Of a DNA stretch of 64,000 nucleotides, positions 20,243-31,186 are shown in pieces. The notes under the pieces were generated by a model, which made no database searches, had not been told where the DNA came from, and worked only from the letters and a program-made list of their open reading frames with translations. Position 1 is the stretch's first letter; the number at the start of each line of letters is the position of its first letter. The translations under genes and the position numbers were made by a program. The stretch comes from Candidatus Dojkabacteria bacterium (GTDB lineage: Bacteria > Patescibacteriota > Dojkabacteria > B142 > OLB20), in contig JBHHUN010000006.1 in NCBI GenBank assembly GCA_046753765.1, forward strand, positions 130 through 64,129. The letters are read 5' to 3'.

Positions 20243-21364
20243 TTAATTGCCAAATAGCTTGTCAGTGAAGCTTTTGTGTTCGGGGAGTTCATTTAGTTTC
20301 TCCCAGAGCTCCCTTTGTTCTTTTGAAAGCCTCTTTGGGATTTTGACCATAATTCTCACGTACTGGTCACCATTACCCGTTCCTCTAAACTTGGGGCCCC
20401 CTAATTTTGACATACGTAAAACGGTCTCCGGTTGAGTTCCCTGGGGGATCTTGAGTGTTTTATTTCCATGAACTGTTGGCACAGAAACCTCAGCCCCAAG
20501 AACTGCTGTGACAGAATCGATCTCTATATCAGTATAGATATCGTTTCCTCTGCGCTCCAACTTCTCATGAGGTGTAATTTCGATATTGACAAACAGATCA
20601 CCGTAACCTCCACCTTTGTCACCGGCGTGGCCCTGACCCGTGAACCTGAGGGTGACTCCATCTGGAATACCCTGCGGGATTCTAATTTTAAAAGTATCTG
20701 TTTTTGCTTCGTGTCCTTTGCCATTACACGTCTCGCAAGTTTCTTCGTAGACGTGTCCCTCTCCCTTGCATGTGGGACAGGATGTCACGGTTTGAATTCC
20801 TCCGAGAATAGTCTGTTGAACCTTGGCTACCCTTCCATTGCCACCACAGGTAGCACAGGTTTTCACTTTGTCGGGGTGCTTCGCGCCGGTACCTTTGCAA
20901 TCTTCACAGACCAGTCTGCGTTTATACTCAAGTGTTTTTTCAACACCAAAAACTGCCTCGTTAAAGCTGAGCTTAATCGTTGACTCAATATCCTGACCCT
21001 TCCTGGGGCCTCTCCGTTGTCCGGCAAATCCACCGAAGTTTCCACCGAAAAACTGTGCAAAGATGTCTTCAATACCGCCCATGTTGCCAAAATCAAACCC
21101 GTTGAAACCACCAAACCCGCCTTGTGCGCCACCTCCAAAACCCTGCGTTCCTGCGTGTCCAAACTGATCGTAGGCCTTTCTTTTTTGATCGTCAGAAAGT
21201 ACTTCATAGGCTTCCTGCACTTCCTTAAACTTCTCTTCTGCATCAGTTTCTTTATTTCGGTCAGGGTGAAACTTCTTAGCGAGTTTGCGAAATGCGGATT
21301 TTATCTGTTTTTTTGTTGCAGTTTTGGAGACACCCAAAACCTCATAGTAGTCTTTCTTTTCCAT
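20243..21364 (-). CDS. dnaJ: Chaperone DnaJ
   Basis: J-domain HPD, G/F-rich region, four CxxCxGxG repeats. Confidence 0.97.
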   Translation of the reverse strand: MEKKDYYEVLGVSKTATKKQIKSAFRKLAKKFHPDRNKETDAEEKFKEVQEAYEVLSDDQKRKAYDQFGHAGTQGFGGGAQGGFGGFNGFDFGNMGGIEDIFAQFFGGNFGGFAGQRRGPRKGQDIESTIKLSFNEAVFGVEKTLEYKRRLVCEDCKGTGAKHPDKVKTCATCGGNGRVAKVQQTILGGIQTVTSCPTCKGEGHVYEETCETCNGKGHEAKTDTFKIRIPQGIPDGVTLRFTGQGHAGDKGGGYGDLFVNIEITPHEKLERRGNDIYTDIEIDSVTAVLGAEVSVPTVHGNKTLKIPQGTQPETVLRMSKLGGPKFRGTGNGDQYVRIMVKIPKRLSKEQRELWEKLNELPEHKSFTDKLFGN

Positions 21365-21542
21365 CAGATGCTCTTGTTATTAGAACAAAATTGCGATGCA
21401 AGTTTAGCAGACAAACGTGTCGTTTGCTAGATGATATTATAGCAGAACGGTCAATTATCATATAAGGTCTGCAGGGGATGCCGGGTTTCAAATTTAACAG
21501 GTGATATGTTAGAATCGCTTGTATTCTTTTACATTCCACGCT

Positions 21543-23156
21543 TTGGCCAAGAAGAAATCGACTAAGAAGAAAGTACAAAAGAAGAAGGAATTTTCTATTG
21601 GCAGGACACCAATAGTGGCTGTTATGGGACACGTGGATCACGGAAAGACTTCTCTGTTAGATGCTATTCGAGGCACTTCTGTGCAAGAGAGTGAAGCAGG
21701 CGGAATTACCCAAAACACGAGAGCACACCAGATTGAGTACAATGGCCAGAAGATCAGCTTTATTGATACCCCGGGTCACGAGGCCTTTAGCGATATGCGT
21801 TCACGTGGGGCGAAGGTCACAGATATGGTGCTTCTTGTTGTTGCCGCCGATGACGGTGTTCAACCTCAAACCAAAGAGTCTATTAAATTTGCTCAGGCAA
21901 GTAATGTCCCTGTGGTGGTTGCTATTAATAAGATCGACAAACCCGGCAAGAAGCTTGCAAAGCTGAAACAAGAGCTGGCATCCGCTGGTCTCGAACTCGA
22001 GGAGTTTGGTGGTGATACATTGGTAAATGAAGTATCTGCTATAGAAAAGAAGGGTCTTAGTGAGCTACTCGAGTCAATCTTATTAGTCGCTGAGCTTGAA
22101 GAGATCAAACCCGAGACCGCGCCAGCCGGAAGGCTTTCCACAGCGTTTGTACTAGAGGCATCGCTCGATAAAAATCTTGGCCCAGTAGCACTTATGCTTG
22201 TTAAGTCTGGTAGATTTACCGAGGGTAACTACGTCGTGCACGCAACGGGCTATGCAAAGGTGAGAGCCCTATTAGACGAGAATCAAGAGAAACTTGATGA
22301 AGCACAGCAGAGTGACCCAGTTTATGTTATCGGACTGAAAGAGGTACTGGCAACCGGTGAGATTGTAAATATTGTCGAGAATGAAAAACAGGCAAAGGCA
22401 CTTCTTAAAGAAGTGCTTCAAGGAGAGGCAGAGCTTCTTGAAGAGCAGCCCGAAAAGCAAGAAGAATCTGAAGATTTAGAACAACCTACTGAAGAGCAGG
22501 ACCTTGAAATGCTTTCCCAGCTCCTTAGTGCTGCACAAAGCGAGAAAGAGATAAAGTACCTGAATCTTGTTTTAAAGACAGGGTCTCAGGGAACACTGGA
22601 AGTAATAAAAAAGGAGCTTGGTGAGCTTGATGATAATGAGGTTAAGATTAAGCTGATCAGTGAAGGTATCGGCCCTATCACTGAAAAAGATGTCACAGCT
22701 GCAAAAGCGGCACACGGGATTGTAATAGGTTTTCAGGTTGAGATCCCCAAGAAACTCCAAAAACTTTCACTGAAAGAGAAGGTGCTTGTGCGAAACTACG
22801 AGGTAATTTACGAGTTGATAGACGAGATGTCAGATGCACTCGATAGTATGTCTGATCCGGTAATAGAGAAGGTAGAGGTTGCAAGGGCAAAGGTTAAGAA
22901 AGTGTTTGTCTTGACCGATGGCAATGCAGTTGCAGGATGTGAGGTGGCAAAAGGAACTGTCATTAAAGGGTACAAGGCCTTCGTTGAGAGGGACGAAGTT
23001 GAGATGGCAGTTGGAAAAATCACAAGCCTGAAGCAAAACAAGAACGAAGTAAAGGAGGTTAAAAAAGGACAGGATTGCGGAATCCTCCTGGAGCCAAACT
23101 ACAAGGAATTAGAGGAGGGAGATTTCATAGTGCTATTCAAGGAAGAGAAGATCTAA
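21543..23156 (+). CDS. infB: Translation initiation factor IF-2 (short, no extended N-domain)
   Basis: GHVDHGKT, GGITQ, DTPGHEAF, NKID, EVKKGQDCGI. Start placed at in-frame TTG 21543 (uncertain). Confidence 0.95.
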   Translation: MAKKKSTKKKVQKKKEFSIGRTPIVAVMGHVDHGKTSLLDAIRGTSVQESEAGGITQNTRAHQIEYNGQKISFIDTPGHEAFSDMRSRGAKVTDMVLLVVAADDGVQPQTKESIKFAQASNVPVVVAINKIDKPGKKLAKLKQELASAGLELEEFGGDTLVNEVSAIEKKGLSELLESILLVAELEEIKPETAPAGRLSTAFVLEASLDKNLGPVALMLVKSGRFTEGNYVVHATGYAKVRALLDENQEKLDEAQQSDPVYVIGLKEVLATGEIVNIVENEKQAKALLKEVLQGEAELLEEQPEKQEESEDLEQPTEEQDLEMLSQLLSAAQSEKEIKYLNLVLKTGSQGTLEVIKKELGELDDNEVKIKLISEGIGPITEKDVTAAKAAHGIVIGFQVEIPKKLQKLSLKEKVLVRNYEVIYELIDEMSDALDSMSDPVIEKVEVARAKVKKVFVLTDGNAVAGCEVAKGTVIKGYKAFVERDEVEMAVGKITSLKQNKNEVKEVKKGQDCGILLEPNYKELEEGDFIVLFKEEKI

Positions 23157-23422
23157 ACTAAGAACACCTCTTCCAGCTCATCAAACCCCGGTTCCACCAA
23201 TATCTTATCAACATCATCCTTAAAATCTATCACTATAGTTGGTACTGTCCGGTTTCCATTGTTAAGCTCCATAACAAGGGTTGCGGCTGTTTCGTCATCA
23301 TCGATATTGACCGGTACGTACTCGATCCTGTATTTTTCAAAGAAGATCTCTGCACGTTTGCAGTCAGCGCAAAAACTGGTCTTATACATGGTAATTTTGC
23401 GAATATCGTCTCTTACTTTCAT
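23153..23422 (-). CDS. Glutaredoxin-like (NrdH/mycoredoxin-like) protein
   Basis: CADC active site; NRTVPTI cis-Pro loop. Confidence 0.85.
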   Translation of the reverse strand: MKVRDDIRKITMYKTSFCADCKRAEIFFEKYRIEYVPVNIDDDETAATLVMELNNGNRTVPTIVIDFKDDVDKILVEPGFDELEEVFLV

Positions 23423-23470
23423 GGTATTATGGTTTCATGTTTAATTACAAACCCATCATAGCACACTAAT

Positions 23471-24229
23471 ATGCAGGAGTTTTTCGTTAATTTAAAGATG
23501 AGATTTAAATTGACGTACGCTTTAATGGCGGTCAATATCGTGTTGTTTTTACTGACGATCTTGCTTACGACCACCCTGAATGCTTTTCCAAATGATGTTC
23601 TAAGATTTCTTGGGGCTGAGTTTTTCCCAGACATAATCGCTGGCCAGGTCTGGAGGTTGATACTCCCGGCGTTTTTACATGGGGGACTCATCCACCTACT
23701 GATCAATATGTGGGCACTTTGGAACGTAGGTATTCATATCGAGAACTTCTACGGGCGAAGGAAGTTATTTCTTATCTATATTCTAACTGGACTGACAGCG
23801 TCACTGCTTAGTGTTGCCGTAACTTTCTTCGGTTTATTTACATCCGGTAGTACAGGACAGGGCTTTGCAGTGTCGATAGGATCCTCCGGTGCGATCTTTG
23901 GTCTCGTGGGGATTCTACTTGGAAACAATTATAAAAGAGACACATTTACGCCTCCGGTTCCTATTAATACCAGCGGGCTTTGGATCTTCGTGATAGTAAA
24001 CTTGATGTTTGGACTGGGGATAAACAGCCTCGGCGGAACCGTTGGTGTGAACAATGCGGCGCACATTGGTGGACTAATAGGAGGTTTTTTACTGGGGCTT
24101 TACTTAAATCCAATAAACGCTTATTTTGTATCTAAGCGGAAACAATTCGTGGAAAGCGCTCTATTTTTCGCAAGTGTTGCGTTACTCGCAGCAAGTTTCA
24201 TCGCTCATATAATATTTATTATCACCTAA
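23471..24229 (+). CDS. Rhomboid intramembrane serine protease
   Basis: WR, FLHGGLIHLLINM, GSSG, AHIGG motifs. Confidence 0.92.
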   Translation: MQEFFVNLKMRFKLTYALMAVNIVLFLLTILLTTTLNAFPNDVLRFLGAEFFPDIIAGQVWRLILPAFLHGGLIHLLINMWALWNVGIHIENFYGRRKLFLIYILTGLTASLLSVAVTFFGLFTSGSTGQGFAVSIGSSGAIFGLVGILLGNNYKRDTFTPPVPINTSGLWIFVIVNLMFGLGINSLGGTVGVNNAAHIGGLIGGFLLGLYLNPINAYFVSKRKQFVESALFFASVALLAASFIAHIIFIIT

Positions 24230-24231
24230 AG

Positions 24232-24879
24232 ATGGTATTGCTTTTTATTGGCCCGTCAGGAAGCGGTAAAGATACTCAAGGAAATCTGTTAGATAAGAAT
24301 TATGAATATCGCACAATCTCTTCTGGAGATGTTTTGAGGGCAGAGGTAGCCAGAGGGTCTGAGATTGGTGATGAGATTGACAAGACTATGAATGAGGGCA
24401 AATGGGTGCCTGATGCAATCACGTACGCCCTGCTTGAACAGCACATGGAAAACGTTCACAACGGAAACATCATCCTAACGGGAGTCGTCAGAACAGTGGA
24501 GCAGATTCCGATGCTTGATACAATGTTGAAAAGAAGAGGCAAGAAACTCGATAGAGTGGTCTACTTTAAGCTTGAGGATGAAGAGGCCGTCAAAAGACTG
24601 TCGAACAGATGGTACGCAAAAGACGGTACAATCTATCACTCAATCTATAATCCTCCAAAGGAGGAAGGTATACACGATGCTGATGGCAGTCCACTGTTTC
24701 AAAGAGAGGATGACAAACCTGATGCAATCAAAGAAAGGTTGAAGCAGTTCCACGAGACCAACAAACCAATCCTGGACACATATGAGGACAGGGGAATCCT
24801 CCTGACGGTCGATGCAGCTCCATCAATAGAGAAGATAAATAAAGTGCTAGTTAAAGAGCTAGGTTTAACTAAAGAGTAA
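24232..24879 (+). CDS. adk: Adenylate kinase
   Basis: GPSGSGKDTQ, SSGDVLR, long LID ending in QREDD. Confidence 0.93.
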   Translation: MVLLFIGPSGSGKDTQGNLLDKNYEYRTISSGDVLRAEVARGSEIGDEIDKTMNEGKWVPDAITYALLEQHMENVHNGNIILTGVVRTVEQIPMLDTMLKRRGKKLDRVVYFKLEDEEAVKRLSNRWYAKDGTIYHSIYNPPKEEGIHDADGSPLFQREDDKPDAIKERLKQFHETNKPILDTYEDRGILLTVDAAPSIEKINKVLVKELGLTKE

Positions 24880-25855
24880 GAGCTTCGATACCCGTAGTAC
24901 TAAGCACTGCCACCAGATAAACAACATAGATTACCAGAAAGAACAATCCCTCAGACCTATCGACCTTGTTGCGTTGGCCAAGAAATAGCGAGGCAATTAA
25001 GAGAAGAGTCGAAAGTGCGAGAACGAAGGAATCCAGCACGAGACTTTCGATGGATTGAATTGGCCTGATTGAGGCAGACATTCCAAGTATAAACAGGATG
25101 TTGAACACGTTCGATCCAACGATGTTTCCGATGCCGATCTCACCCTGATTTTGTTTAAGAGAAACAAGTATCGTAGCCAGTTCGGGTAATGAAGTACTGA
25201 TAGCAACTACTGTGAGTCCGATTATCCTGTTTGATATTCCCAGCATCTCCGCGATGCTGGTAGCACTTTGTACAATCGCTGTCCCCCCGAGAATCAGTAG
25301 TATCAATCCTGCTGTTCCCAGTGCAACCTGGTTAGTGAAGCGTTTGTGCGTGAGTTCGTGCTCAAGCTCATCATAGTGTTCTTTGTGAGAGAACGCTACG
25401 TAGTATATAAAAATTAAAAAGATCACGAGTAAGATTAGTCCATCGCTGCGTGATAGCAGATTTGGATCAACACCACCTGAAAAAAATGTGTCAAATATCA
25501 GGAGGATGAAGATGACGATGCTAGCAAATGCGAATGGAATGTCTCTGGTTGCCACAAGGTGTCTGACGCTGATGGGTTTAATAAGGGCAGCGATTCCAAT
25601 TACGAAGAGGATGTTAGCGATATTGGTGCCCACGATGTTTCCAATGACAAGATCATTAGCACCGTTCGCCGAGCCGATGATATTGACAATAACCTCAGGA
25701 ATTGATGTGCCGAATGCGATAACCGTGGCGCCAACGACAAATCTTGGCAACCCTGTCTTCTGCGCAATATAAATGCCTGCATCAACTACAAGCTTCGCAC
25801 CCCGCACCAGCAGGAATATACCGACAGGTATTAGTATGAGGTAGATAAGAATCAT
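24869..25855 (-). CDS. Calcium/sodium antiporter (CaCA, YrbG-like)
   Basis: Alpha repeats GTSIPE/GTNIAN and STSLPE/GSNVFN. Confidence 0.92.
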   Translation of the reverse strand: MILIYLILIPVGIFLLVRGAKLVVDAGIYIAQKTGLPRFVVGATVIAFGTSIPEVIVNIIGSANGANDLVIGNIVGTNIANILFVIGIAALIKPISVRHLVATRDIPFAFASIVIFILLIFDTFFSGGVDPNLLSRSDGLILLVIFLIFIYYVAFSHKEHYDELEHELTHKRFTNQVALGTAGLILLILGGTAIVQSATSIAEMLGISNRIIGLTVVAISTSLPELATILVSLKQNQGEIGIGNIVGSNVFNILFILGMSASIRPIQSIESLVLDSFVLALSTLLLIASLFLGQRNKVDRSEGLFFLVIYVVYLVAVLSTTGIEALTL

Positions 25856-25880
25856 TAGCGAGCTGTAATCTAAAGATATA

Positions 25881-26432
25881 CTAAATAATAACTAACAAGC
25901 TGACAATGCTCCCGAGTACAAGTTGTGCAAACTCATGTTTTTTTAAATATATTCTTGACCAAAAAAGGGGTGGTAGTAAGACCAGAAAGGCCAGGAATGC
26001 AGTACCAATCATAGAGCTGATCAATAAGACAGATATTGTGTAAAAAGTTGTATGAAAACTTATCTTCCAGTAAAAAGTGATTGCTGTTGTTACGACCAAC
26101 ACAATCAAGAGGCGGATAAGAATTGGTGTAATAACAGGCAGGGTGTTGATCGATAATAATATCGAGATACTCAGTCCAAGCATGGCAATTAGGAGGATCG
26201 GACGTCTGGTTTTGACATTCGTAAACTCGTAGTCTATCTTTCTCCAAACGAAAACATAAAGGAGGATGTACAAGCCCACTGGGACAACTACAGGTAGAGA
26301 CACAATTACAAGTGACACTAGATCAAGACTGTAGTGTTGCCATAGAGCAAAGCCTGCAAGAGAGATCCATACTGGCGGACCAAGGACTCTGGAGATTGCC
26401 TCTGCTATGACTGTTGTTGTTTTATTCGCCAC
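25881..26432 (-). CDS. PAP2-like membrane protein
   Basis: Multi-TM with KISFH and WSRIYLKKH motifs. Confidence 0.65.
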   Translation of the reverse strand: MANKTTTVIAEAISRVLGPPVWISLAGFALWQHYSLDLVSLVIVSLPVVVPVGLYILLYVFVWRKIDYEFTNVKTRRPILLIAMLGLSISILLSINTLPVITPILIRLLIVLVVTTAITFYWKISFHTTFYTISVLLISSMIGTAFLAFLVLLPPLFWSRIYLKKHEFAQLVLGSIVSLLVII

Positions 26433-27067
26433 TTCTTTATCTGCTCATGATCTCCAGAAAGTAGTACATTGGGAACTGTCCACATCTCGCCCTCACTGGT
26501 TAGAAATTCTGCGGGCCTGGTGTACTGTGGTGCTTCGATCATTCCCGGCTGGTTGTGGGATTCACTGGCAAGAGACTCGTCGTTCCCCAAGGCTCCGGGT
26601 AGTAGTCGGATAGTAGCATCTGCAATCACCATCGCAGGTAGCTCTCCCCCTGTGAGTACGTAGTCGCCAATAGAAACGACGTCATCAACGAGATGTAAAG
26701 CCACTCGGTTGTCAACACCCTCGTACCGACCGGTAATAATAATGAGTTGGTCCAGCTTCGAGTAAGACTGTGCACTGGGTTGACTAAAGTGCTCACCGCG
26801 CGCGCTTGTTAAGACCGTTCGCGAATTTACTTCGGTCATTCTGATTTCACCCAGTGCTTTGTAGATCGGCTCAACCATCATTACCATCCCCGGCCCACCA
26901 CCAAATGGGTTGTCATCAACTGTTTTGTGATTATCACTCGTCCAGTCTCTGAGATCATGGAGATTGATCTTGACCAGCTCATCATCAACTGCACGCTTCA
27001 CGATACTCTCACCGAAGGGAGAGGCAAACATACCGGGAAAGATTGTAATAATATCAATTTGTAACAT
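26405..27067 (-). CDS. trmD: tRNA (guanine-N1)-methyltransferase
   Basis: TIFP, VDDNPFGGGPGM, GRYEGVD, SIGDYVLTGGE, PQYTRP, LLSGDH. Confidence 0.97.
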   Translation of the reverse strand: MLQIDIITIFPGMFASPFGESIVKRAVDDELVKINLHDLRDWTSDNHKTVDDNPFGGGPGMVMMVEPIYKALGEIRMTEVNSRTVLTSARGEHFSQPSAQSYSKLDQLIIITGRYEGVDNRVALHLVDDVVSIGDYVLTGGELPAMVIADATIRLLPGALGNDESLASESHNQPGMIEAPQYTRPAEFLTSEGEMWTVPNVLLSGDHEQIKKWRIKQQQS

Positions 27068-27174
27068 CCCTCTACAGATAATTATTAACACAGCATATCT
27101 GCAATTGTAATTTTTTTTGTGTCAGATGCAAAGCAGTGTTACGTTATCATTATGCTTATTAATAAATCTCGCTC

Positions 27175-28521
27175 ATGTCCATCAAAATAGGTTCGACCAA
27201 TGTCTCGGGAATCTTCTGGAAGTACATCCTTTTTGGAGTGTTGTTTACGGCTCTAATTGCCGTTTTTAGTGTAATTATGGCGGGGATAGCATCTTTCCGT
27301 AATGAAGTAACTTTTGATAACTATCTCAGCACGCAGGATATATATCACGGCCCGCTTGAACAATCGGCACCAAGTCTGCAGCCACTTGAGCCCGAAAGCG
27401 AGTTGTATATAGTCAACAGATTAGACGAAATCAAGGCGAAGAGCTTCATTGATAATACGCTGCTATCCTCTACAGATGCGACGGTTGTAATAGATGCTGA
27501 TTTTGTCAAAAAAGGACTATCATATCAGCCAACCTTCCGCACCAGTTTTGATGGGGTCTTTACGCTGAAAAATAAGCTGAATGAGAAGAGCGTTGTGAAG
27601 TTTGTCTTTCCCTTACCCGTGAGCAATGAAAGTGATGAGTTGAGTAATGCAAGATTGGTTGTGGGTGGTAAAGAGGTTGAAAATGCAAAAACTACTGTGA
27701 AGATAACTGACGAGTATGGATTTGTTCAGACGATCAGCGGACTTAAGTGGCAGGGTGAAATTACAGCGGGGGGAGCTGTAGACATTCAGGCAAGCTATAA
27801 CACGGTAGGTCTGTCGTTTTTCACGTATGAAGGCATAGAAAATTCCAAGTCATCTCAGGATATTAGATTTGCGCTTACAATCAACGGTACCCGATCTTAC
27901 AATGTGACCCAGGGCCTTTCTGTTGACGAACGTGAGTTTGGCGAAGACTATGTGAAGCTCACCTGGGATAAAACAGACCTTTTCTCAAAACCACTGATAA
28001 GCGTTTCAGTAGGCGAGAAGTTGAACCCGTCAACACAGGTGTCCCGGGTTTACCTGACTATGGCCCCAATTTACGTCGTGTTTTTTGCAATCCTTCTTTA
28101 TACTTCGTTTCGTTTTGGGAAAATACTGGGTATTCTTGATATGTTCCTTCTTACGGTTCTTTTCACAGTATTTTTCCCGCTGGTTCACTACTTATCCAGT
28201 TTCACCATTGATCCGACAATGGAGCTGTTTGCCGGCATGTCTGATGTGGGCCAATTTTCAATGCCAATCTATGGTGCATTCGTGATTGCGTGGACACTAA
28301 TTGGAGGGATAATGCTTTACCTGACCAGCAGAATATCTGGATTCAAATACTCTTTAAAATTCGCCCTACCAGCGCTTATCCTGTTCATGGGATTCTTCCC
28401 GCTAGTAGTGACAGTCCCTGAGTACAGCATGTTGCTCGTTATCCTGGGATTCGTTGCACTGGTGGCGATTGTTGTTCAAGTTAGGATTAACGTAGGCCAA
28501 ACGGAGAAAGCCGTAGGCTAG
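27175..28521 (+). CDS. Membrane protein with CreD-like architecture
   Basis: N-terminal TM, large extracytoplasmic beta domain, 5-6 C-terminal TMs. Confidence 0.5.
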   Translation: MSIKIGSTNVSGIFWKYILFGVLFTALIAVFSVIMAGIASFRNEVTFDNYLSTQDIYHGPLEQSAPSLQPLEPESELYIVNRLDEIKAKSFIDNTLLSSTDATVVIDADFVKKGLSYQPTFRTSFDGVFTLKNKLNEKSVVKFVFPLPVSNESDELSNARLVVGGKEVENAKTTVKITDEYGFVQTISGLKWQGEITAGGAVDIQASYNTVGLSFFTYEGIENSKSSQDIRFALTINGTRSYNVTQGLSVDEREFGEDYVKLTWDKTDLFSKPLISVSVGEKLNPSTQVSRVYLTMAPIYVVFFAILLYTSFRFGKILGILDMFLLTVLFTVFFPLVHYLSSFTIDPTMELFAGMSDVGQFSMPIYGAFVIAWTLIGGIMLYLTSRISGFKYSLKFALPALILFMGFFPLVVTVPEYSMLLVILGFVALVAIVVQVRINVGQTEKAVG

Positions 28522-28553
28522 AAAGTGCATGCGGCGTATATACCTGGAAATGA

Positions 28554-28903
28554 CTATGTCAAGTCAACTTCCTCAACAAAGTTATAGTCCGGATTCCAGA
28601 GCATGGGGACGTAACCACGTTTCTGCTCTTTGAATTTTGTAAGACCTATTGACTTGAGAAAATCCCTGATCACTTTCTTTCCTTCGGTTGGTTTTTTGAT
28701 GTTGTCTTTGAGGTGTATCCAAGTGCCTGAAGTTTACCGAGGGCTACATCACCATCAGAAACATCGTACTCATATTCATCACAATGGGTAGCTTTATCGG
28801 AATTCGGAATGAAGTGGAAGTGTTTTAGGCAAACACTTGCTCCACTTTTTCAACTCCCCCAACTGTTTTGGGGTAATCTGGATTTTGGTCTCAATCTCTT
28901 CAC
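28554..28903 (-). pseudogene. CYTH (class IV adenylate cyclase/triphosphatase) pseudogene
   Basis: Three frames give EEIETKIQI (ExExK), KHFHF...THCDEYEYDVSD...LQALGY, and RDFLKSIGL...KRGYVPML*; intervening parts are missing. Confidence 0.65.
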
Positions 28904-28949
28904 AATTGGTGAAAGATTTCTCCGACTTGTAGTAGCTGTGGTGGAGCTA

Positions 28950-29162
28950 CTATTTCTTATTCATCGTCTCGCTTACCCAGACAAGAGCAACCCAAACTGC
29001 TCCAAGTCCGACAAGAGCATATACTACCCGGGCGAGTGTAGACATATCGCCAAACAGAGTAGCAACGAGGTCGTAGTCAAAAAGACCTACAAGTCCCCAG
29101 CTGAGCCCGCCAACTACTACAAGCAGTAAAGCAAGCATGTATAACATTCCTTCGCTTTTCAC
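28950..29162 (-). CDS. DUF378 small membrane protein
   Basis: VVGGLSWGLVGLFDYDLVATLFG...RVVYALVGL; GGAGG SD upstream. Confidence 0.9.
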   Translation of the reverse strand: MKSEGMLYMLALLLVVVGGLSWGLVGLFDYDLVATLFGDMSTLARVVYALVGLGAVWVALVWVSETMNKK

Positions 29163-29245
29163 TTATATCACCTCCTTTACACTGAGATTCTTAGCTAATG
29201 TTACAGTTTTCTTTCTATCATAGCAATTTGGGCTATACTAGCTTT

Positions 29246-29629
29246 GTGGATAAAGATACAAGGGAGGAAAAACTTGAGAGGATAGCTACTCTGGAAAAGA
29301 AGTTAGACGACCTAAAGCAGGTTTACGCAAATGATGTCGCGACTTCCCACCACGAGCCGCACCAAACTCAACAAATGATGCAGCTTCTAGAGAGACAGAT
29401 CTATGAAATTGAGCAGTCTCTAAGTGAGACAAGGGGTGACGAATACATCCTTTCTGATAGAGAAAATAAGGAGAGAAGGTTTTACCTCGTAAACGATAAC
29501 CCCAACAGCCTTCTTAGCAGGATTAGTAGAGAGTCTGCTGTTGGAGAGAAACTTGCAAAGCTGAAGGTCGGAGATAAGTTGGATCTTGGTGATCAGGAGT
29601 TGAGACTTAAAGAGGTTAACCCTGAATAG
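29246..29629 (+). CDS. Divergent GreA/GreB-like protein
   Basis: N-terminal coiled coil; C-terminal RISRESAVGEKLAKLKVGD resembles the Gre ISxxSPxGxALxGxxxGD motif. GTG start inferred. Confidence 0.6.
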   Translation: MDKDTREEKLERIATLEKKLDDLKQVYANDVATSHHEPHQTQQMMQLLERQIYEIEQSLSETRGDEYILSDRENKERRFYLVNDNPNSLLSRISRESAVGEKLAKLKVGDKLDLGDQELRLKEVNPE

Positions 29630-29690
29630 TTGTTGTCCTTATTTTTTGTTCATGATAATTTAGAGTATTATTTCAGTATAAAGATGAATC

Positions 29691-30299
29691 ATGGCAGAAA
29701 AAGAATCTGACGGTGAAGCTACCGGTCCTTCAGACGTAACAAAGACCACAAGTTCCAATGACAATACGAAGAAGGTGATAATCATTGTAGTTGTAGCCCT
29801 TATTGTTTGTGCGGTAGTTTGTGGTGTACTTACTTTGGGGAGTGGGCTGTTGGTTCAGCAGGGTGCCAATCAGTTAGTAAATGAGCTAGAGGAGGGATTA
29901 AAGCCGTTTGAAGATAATCTTAAAACTTACGAGGACGATTTCCGAGACCTTAATGGAACGGATGGTGATCTTGAACTTTTTCCCGGTATGACAGGGGGAG
30001 AGTGGCCGGCAGATATGCCTTCAGATGTGCCAGTATACAAGCATGGTAGTATCAGGCTTGCTAGTACAGATAACGAATCAAATATTGTGAGCGTGCTCTT
30101 ATATGAATTTTCTCTTGACGCGTTCGAAGACTACAAAAGTGACCTTGAAGCTGCGGGCTGGACAATCGACTCAGATGTCGACTCAGATGTCGACTCAAGA
30201 GTTGACTATCTCACAGCCTCTAAAGGAAACTTAGAGCTACAATATTCAGTGTCTATTGCTGATGATTCGGGGTTTGTTACTGTGAGGATAGGAAACTAA
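29691..30299 (+). CDS. Hypothetical membrane-anchored protein
   Basis: Single TM; WPADMPSDVPVY and YKSDLEAAGW motifs. Confidence 0.7.
   Translation: MAEKESDGEATGPSDVTKTTSSNDNTKKVIIIVVVALIVCAVVCGVLTLGSGLLVQQGANQLVNELEEGLKPFEDNLKTYEDDFRDLNGTDGDLELFPGMTGGEWPADMPSDVPVYKHGSIRLASTDNESNIVSVLLYEFSLDAFEDYKSDLEAAGWTIDSDVDSDVDSRVDYLTASKGNLELQYSVSIADDSGFVTVRIGN
30166..30201 (+). repeat. 12-bp in-frame tandem repeat, 3 copies
   Basis: TCGACTCAGATG x2 plus TCGACTCAAGAG, encoding DSDVDSDVDSRV. Confidence 0.85.
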
Positions 30300-30601
30300 G
30301 CGTAGTACTTAGGTTGAGCTATCTTAAGGCCCTTGACCCGCTTGAAGTCCCTTGGGTTGATCGTTACCAGTGGTACTCCGATGTCTAGTGCAGTACTGGC
30401 GATCATGATGTCGGCAGTTTTTGGATTACGGAGGCTGTTTTTCTTTCGTGATCTCAGAGTTTTTGCACATAGTTCTCCCATAGATTGGTTCAACGGGATT
30501 ATTTCGAACATCTCAATGTCTTCTTTAAGGAAAGCAAGATACTTCTGATTTCTGGATAGAATATAGATCAGGATATTTGTGTCTAGTAAAAGGTCAACCA
30601 T
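30296..30601 (-). pseudogene. VapC/PIN toxin with apparent internal deletion
   Basis: LLDTNILI and ADIMIASTA...LVTINPRDF are present; the central ISxxTxxE segment is absent (about 100 aa total). Confidence 0.6.
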
Positions 30602-30755
30602 CTGTCTGGAACAGATCGTCAAACAAACCCCTGGGTCTCTCTATGTCGAGAGGTGAGCTGCTACTGAAGCTCAAAAAGTTTACGGCCAGTGTTAGATTGC
30701 TCGGCTAAGCTGATGACGAGCTCATTCTTGTCGTAACTTCTAGTTCTGGCTGCAT
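30594..30755 (-). pseudogene. Remnant of an antitoxin gene upstream of vapC
   Basis: Frame-broken short ORF pieces ending in a stop that overlaps the vapC start; positional evidence only. Confidence 0.3.
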
Positions 30756-30933
30756 ATTGAAGTAATAACCAAGTAATATTAACGGTCTGTATGACAAGTT
30801 GTCAGGCAAGGGTTTGGCGAAGGAAAAAATGCCATGAAGCGAGCAGACACCGATTACACAGGTTTGATATAATTGACACACGTCAATACATCGTGTCTGT
30901 CTTGGTTGAGGCTGGGCGGATTACCACTTTTAA

Positions 30934-31022
30934 GGAGAGGTGGCTGAGTGGTCGAAAGCGATGGTTTGCTAAATCATTGTACGGGTCACACCGTACCGCA
31001 GGTTCGAATCCTGTCCTCTCCG
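30934..31022 (+). tRNA. tRNA-Ser(GCT)
   Basis: Acceptor GGAGAGG/CCTCTCC with discriminator G; anticodon arm ATGGT-TTGCTAA-ATCAT; long variable arm GTACGG...CCGTAC; GTTCGAATC T-loop; CCA not encoded. Confidence 0.96.
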
Positions 31023-31186
31023 CTCAGTTCCCAATAAAATTGGGGAATGAGCCGAGACAAAAAAAGTTAAGAACCACATCATGCCGACGGCTCGCACCCA
31101 AACTAACGGGGCTACGAGTTAATGTTTAGCGCTATCTACAAGAAATTGCTAGACTTGAACTATCTTTAAGTTAGTCCAAAGCTTCT

